A stretch of 64,000 bases of DNA, taken from Candidatus Woesearchaeota archaeon. GTDB lineage: Archaea > Nanobdellota > Nanobdellia > Pacearchaeales > GW2011-AR1. The stretch covers positions 10,896-74,895 of the forward strand of contig CAYXNX010000002.1 of assembly GCA_964467035.1 (NCBI GenBank), written 5' to 3'. The notes under the pieces are model-generated. The model did not search any database. It saw only the letters and a list, made by a program, of their open reading frames with translations, and was not told the DNA's origin. The translations under genes and the position numbers were made by a program. This document shows positions 55,900 through 63,625 of the stretch, in pieces. Position 1 is the first letter of the stretch. Each line of letters starts with the position of its first letter.

Positions 55900-58639
55900 T
55901 TTTTTTTATTCAAAAACTACTGGATTATATGTTTCAAGAAAACCGCTAAAAATTGATAGCAGAGTAAAAAAAGCAACAGAAAATGAGAATATTGAACTTA
56001 ATTGGGACGATGAAGGGAGAATAAATTTTGTGGATTTTGATGAATCAAAGAGAATTCTTACTCTGTTAGGTTCTACTATGCTAAGTCCTGTTGAATATTG
56101 GAAAGTTTTAGAAGATGCAAAAAATGAAAAAGATGAAGAGATGATTCAGGAGTTGATGTCTAATAAATATTGTGAATGGTTGGATAGGGTTTATCTGATT
56201 GATAAAAACTGGATTGATCATCCAAAAATAATTGGGGATTATGAATATTCTGGCAAAAAAGAGAAATCAGTCGAACCAATTGGAAAACCAGGATGGTTTA
56301 ATCCTGAAAATAATATTAATTTTAAATTGGGTGTTCCAAAAAAAATAAAGTTATTTAGAGATAAGTTTTCGACAAGTTGGAAATATTGGTCTCCTGATTT
56401 TTCTGTGACTAAGCACAGACCAAGAGCCCCTATAAGAGGCTATGTGACTTCTGTTGGAAAACCTTCTTTTGATCAAGGTATCCCTGTTGATGCTAAACAA
56501 CCAATGCAAATGATTAGAGAGTGTAGGACAGAACCTTTAGAACCTCCAATAAAAATAGAAATCTTGAAAACTGCCTTAGAAATATTAAAACAATATGATC
56601 AAAAAAAGATAGATACAAATTTTGTAGTCGAATTTTTGGAAGAGCATGGAAAATTATTTAGGAATTCAAAGCAATTAACAATTTATAAAATAAGAGAGAA
56701 ATTATTTGATTTGCTTGGATTAATGAAAATCAAAACAATAAATGAAAAAGATAATAAAATGTTATCTATGTTGGATAAAGCATCAAGAACCTTATATGAT
56801 TCTGATCTTGAAAAAGTTGGTTTTGATAATTTTTTAGAATTTATTAAAAAATCTAGACAAAGATTGAAAGATGCCCTTGATGAAAAAAAGGATATTGTTT
56901 TTGTAATGGGGCATAAAAATCCAGATACTGATACGGTGATTAGTTGTATCTTTGAGTCTTGGAGAAATCACTTGTTGGATAAAGGACAAATTGTTTATTT
57001 TCCTATTGTCCAGAATTATAAAATTCCAGATGAAGTAAGAAGGCTATTGGGTGATGAAATTTCTGATTCAATCTTACTAGAAAAAGAAGAGGATTACAAA
57101 AAAGCTAAAAATTCAGGTTTAGCCAGATGGATTTCTGTAGATCAAAATAGGGAGCCAGATGTTCAGAGATATTTTATTTCAATTATTGATCATCATGTTC
57201 CTTCTGAAATATCCTTACTTCAAGATTTACCAAAAACAATAGAATTAATTGGATCCTGTACTGCTTTAATATTTCAGAAAATGTTGGGAATAGGATTTTA
57301 TCCAGACAGAAAACTTGCAAAAATTCTTCATGGAGCTACATTGATGGATACAGAAAATAGAGTATTTCATAAGATGACTGAAAAGGATAAAATGATAATG
57401 AACTATTTAAAAGAATTATCTGAAATTAAAAACGAAGATGAATTTTATAGCGATTTAATGTCTTACCTTCTTAACACAGATGATCCAAACATATTATTTG
57501 GAAGAGATTACAAAGAAGACTGGGGATTTGGATTTGCTGTAGCAAAAATTAAAGGAGGTTTTAGTGAAAAAGGAAAAGGAATCAAGGACGATTTAATTAA
57601 AAAAGCTGTTAAATTGGCTCGTGAAAATAATATAAATAAGAATTTTCCTTTAACAATTTTAAGAATTACAGACTATTTGGAAGATAATATTACTGTAAAT
57701 AGGGAAAGAGTTTATCTTGTGTTTAATGAAGAAAGTTCAAAAGAATTTAAATCAGCAATATTTGATTTGTTAGAGAAAATTGTAAAATTTGAATTTGGAG
57801 AGGTTAATATTACTACAACTGGAGAATTTGTGGAGTTTTGGGGAACTGGGATGCAATTATCTCGAAAGAAAACTGCACCAATATTAGAACCTGTTATTAA
57901 AGTTTTTAATGAATATTTTTATTCTCCCAAAAATAAACTTTGGATCAAGAGGGATTTCCTAAAAAGATCTAAAGATGTTTTAAATGCTGGAAAGAAACTA
58001 AAACTAAAAGTTTCTTTTGATCAGGAGCAAAGAGTAAATTATCTCACTTATCCAGAAGCAAGGTTTTTGGTAGAAGAATTGGGGTTTACTATTCTCACAC
58101 TAAAAGAATACTGGCTTGCCTTAAATGATGCTAAGAAAATTGGGGATGTACAAATGATTGACAGCTTACAAGGATCGAATTTTGTAGAATTTTTAGATAC
58201 AATGATTAAAGACTATGGTATTATGCTAGAACATCCTACTATTATTAGAAATGGAGAAGGATATAAGTTTGATGGAAAAAAAGTTGGAGTTGTAATTCCA
58301 AAGGGAAAGCCAAGTTTAATACATCCAGACCAAATAGATCCTAATACAGGAATACCTAAGGAGGTTAGACCTCCTTCAGAATATGGTAATCCTCATCTTT
58401 GGAGATATTGGGAACCTGATTCAAACTTAGTTATCCCTACAAGAAGTTATATATTCTTATTAAAGCAACCTTGCTGGGATGGGAAATTTCATGTTAATGA
58501 TAGTTTTCCAAATTTAGGAATAAGGCCTTGCTGTAAAAAATTAGTTATACCTCATGTAAAAATTAATCAAGATGATAAGAAATTAGAGATTGAAATTAAA
58601 AAAGAAGGGGATACGATAAAGCATACTTGGAAAAAATAA
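55889..58639 (+). CDS. 916-aa protein with a family-II inorganic pyrophosphatase-like DHH/DHHA2 core flanked by two homologous domains of unknown function
   Basis: The ATG overlaps the ndk stop (ATGAAATCTGA). The core carries GHKNPDTDT, VDQNRE, IIDHH, GSCTAL, ILRITDYLEDN and LSRKKTAP. The flanks share EYW..L.DAK, E(W/F)LD, HP.II, GKP and W.YW.PD. Confidence 0.75.
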   Translation: MKSDFFYSKTTGLYVSRKPLKIDSRVKKATENENIELNWDDEGRINFVDFDESKRILTLLGSTMLSPVEYWKVLEDAKNEKDEEMIQELMSNKYCEWLDRVYLIDKNWIDHPKIIGDYEYSGKKEKSVEPIGKPGWFNPENNINFKLGVPKKIKLFRDKFSTSWKYWSPDFSVTKHRPRAPIRGYVTSVGKPSFDQGIPVDAKQPMQMIRECRTEPLEPPIKIEILKTALEILKQYDQKKIDTNFVVEFLEEHGKLFRNSKQLTIYKIREKLFDLLGLMKIKTINEKDNKMLSMLDKASRTLYDSDLEKVGFDNFLEFIKKSRQRLKDALDEKKDIVFVMGHKNPDTDTVISCIFESWRNHLLDKGQIVYFPIVQNYKIPDEVRRLLGDEISDSILLEKEEDYKKAKNSGLARWISVDQNREPDVQRYFISIIDHHVPSEISLLQDLPKTIELIGSCTALIFQKMLGIGFYPDRKLAKILHGATLMDTENRVFHKMTEKDKMIMNYLKELSEIKNEDEFYSDLMSYLLNTDDPNILFGRDYKEDWGFGFAVAKIKGGFSEKGKGIKDDLIKKAVKLARENNINKNFPLTILRITDYLEDNITVNRERVYLVFNEESSKEFKSAIFDLLEKIVKFEFGEVNITTTGEFVEFWGTGMQLSRKKTAPILEPVIKVFNEYFYSPKNKLWIKRDFLKRSKDVLNAGKKLKLKVSFDQEQRVNYLTYPEARFLVEELGFTILTLKEYWLALNDAKKIGDVQMIDSLQGSNFVEFLDTMIKDYGIMLEHPTIIRNGEGYKFDGKKVGVVIPKGKPSLIHPDQIDPNTGIPKEVRPPSEYGNPHLWRYWEPDSNLVIPTRSYIFLLKQPCWDGKFHVNDSFPNLGIRPCCKKLVIPHVKINQDDKKLEIEIKKEGDTIKHTWKK

Positions 58640-59098
58640 TTTTGCTAAGCAAAACTAAATGTCCGAAGGACTAAGGAAATCCTCATATAAATTCAAAAAC
58701 GAAGTTTTTGCTATTTAGTTTTCTTGAAAAGAAAACTGCGCGCGTCCTCTCTATTGGGCGAGCATTTTGCTCTTGACTAACTAAACTAAAAATAACAAGA
58801 GTAAATTTGGGGTTGGGAGAAAAATATTATTTCCTATTTCTTTGTTTTAATTCTAACTTCTAGGTATTCTCAAAAATTGAAACTAAATCGCTGTTAAAGT
58901 TTTGGGGAAGGATATCGAAATTTATACTTTCAGAGAAATTTGTTCGGATGCTTTGATTAATAAGAACAAATTTACTTTTATTGATAAAAAATTAGTGAAT
59001 AAATGTTTTTTTCGGGAGACAAAATAATTCTTTAGAGAATCTTATTAACTATTTAGTAGTAAAACAATAGAAACTTTTATAAAGTATTAAAAAATACT

Positions 59099-59902
59099 AT
59101 GTTTATGGAAAAAATATTAAGTAAAGATAAAAGAATTCAAATTGCTAGAGAAGAGTTAGAAAATTTTGAAATGCCTCACCTACCTTCTTTAGAAGAAATA
59201 GCTTGGGCTTTTCCTGTTGCAGGACCTACAAATCTTACAACTCAAAAAAATAATGGACAATATTTTAATATTCAAGATGTGAATGCATGGAGAGTTCTTT
59301 TATTATTACAAAATTATAATAATACTCTGCAAGGATCTTTACAAGGAGATGTAAATCAAAATGAGTATCCTGTTTCACATACTAGTTTTCGTGACCCATT
59401 TGAAATTTTAGATGTTACCCATTTATCTCCAATGTTTCCTGATTTTGTAAGGGGGGTTTATGATAAAGAAATGGAAGAATCAGGTAGACCTTCAAGAGGA
59501 TATTTTTGGGAGAACATTCCTAGAGAAATTTTACAAGGTGTAAAAAGAATACATGACATCAATTGGAATACTCAACATAATGAAGAAGATACTCGGTATT
59601 ATTTAAGTAATGTTAGAAACATCTTAAATGAAGGTAGCAGATACTTAACTAAAGTTGTTGAAAATTCAAGTGAGGCGAATGAGTGGCCACAATTAACAAA
59701 AGCGTCTGTTGATGATCTTAAAAATGGTTCTTATTTTCAAATTGTTTTATTTGGAAGAGGAAGGGCTGGATTAAAACAAGGCGTTTCTATGGGAGTATCT
59801 GGAGATAAATTAACACTTAGGTATTCTGGAAGAGATGAACCTGTAGAATATAATTTAAATGAATTTAGGGATGCTGATCCTAAATTGTGGACCATCAAAT
59901 AA
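59099..59902 (+). CDS. Hypothetical protein
   Basis: 267-aa ORF isolated between two long intergenic regions. No family recognised. Confidence 0.45.
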   Translation: MFMEKILSKDKRIQIAREELENFEMPHLPSLEEIAWAFPVAGPTNLTTQKNNGQYFNIQDVNAWRVLLLLQNYNNTLQGSLQGDVNQNEYPVSHTSFRDPFEILDVTHLSPMFPDFVRGVYDKEMEESGRPSRGYFWENIPREILQGVKRIHDINWNTQHNEEDTRYYLSNVRNILNEGSRYLTKVVENSSEANEWPQLTKASVDDLKNGSYFQIVLFGRGRAGLKQGVSMGVSGDKLTLRYSGRDEPVEYNLNEFRDADPKLWTIK

Positions 59903-59978
59903 AATAAATTTTTGGGGGAACAACTTTCTCAAGAAAAAAGACAATCTCTTCTAATAGGGGTGGGTGGTCGGGGGTTTT

Positions 59979-60203
59979 AAAGTGTCCTCTTTACTAACTT
60001 TTTATATTTTAGTTTTGGCTCACGATTGAGTTTAACATCGCGATTAAGAGAAGTCGCCGAAGGCGATTTGGGTGGAGCGAGGTGCAACCGAGCGTAACCT
60101 CATAATCCTTGTTATATTCCCCGAAGGGCTGAAATTTAGTGCAATGTTGGCGAAGCCAAAAAATCAAAGTCGTGAGCCATATTAATTTTAAAGAGGACAC
60201 TTT
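59979..60203. ncRNA. Candidate structured RNA or palindromic element of unknown class
   Basis: Nested long-range helices: 59979-59993 pairs with 60189-60203 (15 bp) and 60016-60025 with 60170-60179 (10 bp). There are three internal C-GAA-G hairpins, and the region is visibly GC-enriched relative to its surroundings. Confidence 0.35.
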
Positions 60204-60326
60204 AGGACTGCAGGTTCCGTCTGTAAAACCCATTAAATGAGAGATGTGTGCGTCTTCTTTGCTTCTTTCTTCCTAAGAAAGAAGATGGGCTCCGAATTTT
60301 GCTTCTTTTTCTAAAAGAAGAAGTTC

Positions 60327-61196
60327 TTAGAAATAATATTCTAAAGCTTCCTTAAATTTTTTATCTTTTGTATTTTTATACAATTCCTCAATTTTTTCTT
60401 TTAATCCATACTTTAAGATTTTCCTCCATAACTCGGGATAATTTTTTTTAATTAAATCCCAATTACCTAATTGAGGATTGCTGAAACATTTTGCAGAACA
60501 CATATAGCAAACGCCATCTCCTTTACATAAATTTTCTGTATCTTTATGAAAATAAATATCTTTAACATACGGAAAATTTAATTTATCAAGAACCTTAAAA
60601 ACTTCCTCTTTTTTCAACATCGCAATAGGCAAAAATAAATTTTCTGGATTTCCAAGTTGTAAATAACCTTTCTCTAAAACTCTTTTATATCTTTTTGGTT
60701 TATCTGATGCTAAGAAACCCATAATTGTTAAATCGGGTTTCAATTTGCTATATTGTTCTTGAAGAATAGCGTCCTTTAATTTACTACAAGCATAATTTAA
60801 GTTTAATTTAGAAAAATCTTTTTTCTCGTATCCCATTTCTTCTATTCCTGGATATATTGGAATTCCAAATTTTTCTATAAATTCTTTTTCACTATAATCG
60901 ATTTTGAAGTAATGTAAATTTTTTATTTTTGGTTTAATATTCTCATTAAATAACTTATTAAAATCAGGAAAATTCATACGCATATCAACATACAAAACAT
61001 TAGTATCTGGTTTGTGTTTCAAAAGAAATGCTAACAGCAATAAGCTATCAGAGCCTCCGCTAAACAGAAGAAGAGGATTTCTAGATAGCTTAAGTCCCTC
61101 AGAAAAGATTTTATCTATTTTGTTAATTTTTTCATCTAAAGACAAATCTAAATCTTCAGGTTTAAATTCAAAGATTGAGTTTTTTTTCGATTTCAT
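60327..61196 (-). CDS. PP-loop ATP pyrophosphatase of the PAPS-reductase family with a C-terminal Cys cluster
   Basis: LLLFSGGSDSLLLLAF (SGGxDS), VLYVDMRMNFPD, IMGFLASDKPKRYKR and CKGDGVCYMCSAKC. The ORF is open up to 61238, and the second Met at 61196 is preferred. Confidence 0.75.
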   Translation of the reverse strand: MKSKKNSIFEFKPEDLDLSLDEKINKIDKIFSEGLKLSRNPLLLFSGGSDSLLLLAFLLKHKPDTNVLYVDMRMNFPDFNKLFNENIKPKIKNLHYFKIDYSEKEFIEKFGIPIYPGIEEMGYEKKDFSKLNLNYACSKLKDAILQEQYSKLKPDLTIMGFLASDKPKRYKRVLEKGYLQLGNPENLFLPIAMLKKEEVFKVLDKLNFPYVKDIYFHKDTENLCKGDGVCYMCSAKCFSNPQLGNWDLIKKNYPELWRKILKYGLKEKIEELYKNTKDKKFKEALEYYF

Positions 61197-61764
61197 CTGA
61201 ATAATCAAATAATTCCTTATGGTGATTGAATGCTTCAAATATTTTTTCTTTGTTTTCTTTTGCTATTTTTTCAGATTCGTTAAAATGAAATTTTCTTTCA
61301 TTCATTTTCTCCATTAATCTTAAAAAAATCTGCTCATCATTCATTTTAAATTTTTCATGCATAATAATTGATTTTCTTATTACTTCTCCAATCGTTGTCT
61401 TTTCTAATTTATCTGCGTCAAAAAGGATTTTTTGAAATTCAGTTTTACAATCTTCAAAAACTCCATGAGTTGAAATTGTTTCTTTGATAATTTTTATTTC
61501 CTCTTTACTAAAATCTTCTCCTAGAAGAATTTCTTCAACCATTTCAACAGAATATTTTTCATGCATATCTTCTCCTTCATTTTCAAATTGTTTTTGATAA
61601 CCAACATCATGGAGGAGTGCACAAACTTGAATCATCCTTTTGTCTTTTTTTTCTAAATTTAATTCTTCTGAAAGCATTGTAGCAAAAGCTAAAACTCTTT
61701 TTACATGGCCCCATTTATTCACAGAGAGGTTTTCATAAATTTTCTTAACTTTTTCTTTTATCAT
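61168..61764 (-). CDS. HD-domain metal-dependent phosphohydrolase
   Basis: GHVKRVLAFATML...VCALLHDVGY (H...HD). Confidence 0.8.
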   Translation of the reverse strand: MIKEKVKKIYENLSVNKWGHVKRVLAFATMLSEELNLEKKDKRMIQVCALLHDVGYQKQFENEGEDMHEKYSVEMVEEILLGEDFSKEEIKIIKETISTHGVFEDCKTEFQKILFDADKLEKTTIGEVIRKSIIMHEKFKMNDEQIFLRLMEKMNERKFHFNESEKIAKENKEKIFEAFNHHKELFDYSDEIEKKLNL

Positions 61765-62737
61765 CTTGTTTTTTCCAATATTTTTCTCTTATGTGACAAT
61801 TCCCACAATTCCAATTTTTTCTGAAGTTCTTTGCTTTTTTAGATAACCATAATTCCTTAAGTTTTGATTTCCTTATATTTCCTAAATGTAATTCTCCTGC
61901 ATTACATTCCCAAACATCTCCCAATACATCAATATACAATCCATATTTGATTTGTCTACATTGGAACCCTCCCAAAAACGGAAGTTGATAAGGATAATTT
62001 AATCCTTTTTCATTATCATAAGTTTTTGCTTCATTATAAATCTTCGTGTATTCTTTCTTATTTAAAACAAGACCTCTTTCTAAAGCCTCTCCATGAGGAA
62101 TTAATCCAGAGAATTGGGGAGATATGTTATTTTCTCTACAAAATTTAAACAAAGGAATTACATCATTTTTATTTATCTTTGTGGCTATACAATCTATAGC
62201 AAGCCTTGGGGGAGATTGTTCATTAAACCCATAATCCATTAAAGTTTTTAATGCTTTTTTTATTTTCTTATCATAACCTTTAACCCCCACCAACTTGTCT
62301 TGAATTTTATTATCAAATGAATTATACTTAAGAATGATAGAAGTCTTTAATCTAAAAAGTCTTTTAACACTTTCTTCATTAATCATAGTTCCATTTGTAT
62401 AAATAACAGAGAGTATTCCTAATTTTGAAGCAAATTCTATGATTTTCCAAAAATTCGGATCTAACATTGGCTCTCCTGCTCCAATAAATTGTAAATTTTT
62501 ACAACCTAATTTTTTTGCTTGTTTTATAATATCATAATATTCTTCTAATAAAAGCTCGTTTTCTTTTTTGCAATGTCTTTCTCCAACACTTGTTTTATCA
62601 CAATAAATACATCTTAAGTTACAAATATTTGACATATCCAAATCTAAATTAAGTAATTTGTTTTCCTTTTCTGCTTCTTCTATTTCTGCATCCGAATAAT
62701 ATAAACCTTTTACGAATGTTTTTTCGAGATTATTCAT
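61745..62737 (-). CDS. Radical SAM enzyme with a SPASM/twitch-like C-terminal Cys cluster
   Basis: CNLRCIYCD (Cx3Cx2C), GAGEPMLD, and C-terminal CRQ...ECN...GNIRKSKLKELW...CGNC. Confidence 0.85.
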   Translation of the reverse strand: MNNLEKTFVKGLYYSDAEIEEAEKENKLLNLDLDMSNICNLRCIYCDKTSVGERHCKKENELLLEEYYDIIKQAKKLGCKNLQFIGAGEPMLDPNFWKIIEFASKLGILSVIYTNGTMINEESVKRLFRLKTSIILKYNSFDNKIQDKLVGVKGYDKKIKKALKTLMDYGFNEQSPPRLAIDCIATKINKNDVIPLFKFCRENNISPQFSGLIPHGEALERGLVLNKKEYTKIYNEAKTYDNEKGLNYPYQLPFLGGFQCRQIKYGLYIDVLGDVWECNAGELHLGNIRKSKLKELWLSKKAKNFRKNWNCGNCHIREKYWKKQDDKRKS

Positions 62738-63254
62738 TTTTTATAACTTCTCCTAATTTGATAATTGCGTCTTCTATTGATAAATCTTTGTTTCTTAATA
62801 AATAATGGGGCAAGTTAAGACAAGAAGAATAAATTTTAGAATATGCAGAATTAAAATTATTCTCTTTGATTATTTGTTCTAGTTCTAAACATCTTCTTTC
62901 TTCTCCATCTTTTTGTCTTCTTTGCAAAACCAATTCAGGATTTGCTTCAACCAAAATAATTTTTCCGGAATATTCTGAATTAAATCTTAAATGCATTTGA
63001 TACTTTTCATCAATTCCCATATGAAAATCATAAGGAGTTTTGCTACTACTTGCAGCGTAGTGGGTATCTATAATAAACTTTCCTTCGGTGTCAATCAATT
63101 CTTGAATAAATCTTTTATCAAATTCTGGACGATATCTTCTGAATCTTTCTCCAGTATTAATGTATTCCAAATCTAATAAAGAAGATATAGCTCTGGCTAA
63201 TGAAGTTTTTCCTACCCCCTTACTTCCTCCTATAAAAATTAGTTCTTTACTCAT
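62730..63254 (-). CDS. P-loop nucleotide kinase resembling archaeal-type adenylate kinase (AdkA family)
   Basis: FIGGSKGVGKTS Walker A, then IIDTHYAASSSKTPY and ILVEANPELVLQRRQKD, collinear with AdkA (VDTH...TP.GY, ...RR). Confidence 0.6.
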   Translation of the reverse strand: MSKELIFIGGSKGVGKTSLARAISSLLDLEYINTGERFRRYRPEFDKRFIQELIDTEGKFIIDTHYAASSSKTPYDFHMGIDEKYQMHLRFNSEYSGKIILVEANPELVLQRRQKDGEERRCLELEQIIKENNFNSAYSKIYSSCLNLPHYLLRNKDLSIEDAIIKLGEVIKNE

Positions 63255-63534
63255 CTTTTATTACAAATTCTGGGACGACATGCCTAACAAAAGAAATGTC
63301 TTCTTTATTTAATTGACCGCCGGATAACAAAAAGGTTTTCCCCTCTCTTCTGTAGCTTACTTCTTTCCCTAATCTATCTAATATTTTTTCTAATTTCTCC
63401 TTGTCAGTATTGCATTCTCTGGAATTGCAAATATCTCTTTGAGAATCTATGCAAGGAAATCCGCAATTATCTTTTTTCCTTTTTTCTCTAATATCATGAC
63501 TATTATAATCTGGTTCTCCAAATAAATAAGACAT
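63247..63534 (-). CDS. Small Cys-containing protein (95 aa); possibly the C-terminal part of the upstream ORF
   Basis: CGFPCIDSQRDICNSRECN. Its reading frame stays open upstream to 63639 without a start codon. Confidence 0.4.
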   Translation of the reverse strand: MSYLFGEPDYNSHDIREKRKKDNCGFPCIDSQRDICNSRECNTDKEKLEKILDRLGKEVSYRREGKTFLLSGGQLNKEDISFVRHVVPEFVIKDE

Positions 63535-63625
63535 TGCACAAGAAGTGTGCCAAAAAACAGGAATTTGTGCAACATCTCCAATTATTTTTGTTGCAAGAGA
63601 TGAGAGTTCATCGTCTCTCTGTTTG

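Noticed and set aside
60009-60233. 74-aa minus-strand ORF inside the GC-enriched element
   Set aside because: It has no convincing protein features. It lies entirely within nested inverted repeats and hairpins that are better explained as RNA or DNA structure.
61745-62737. Radical SAM as a prokaryotic viperin (pVip), given the adjacent nucleotide kinase
   Set aside because: Apart from the CxxxCxxC motif, the sequence does not resemble viperin as I recall it. Instead it has a C-terminal Cys cluster and a GNIR...L.ELW segment typical of SPASM/twitch-domain enzymes. The idea is kept only as a loose functional analogy.
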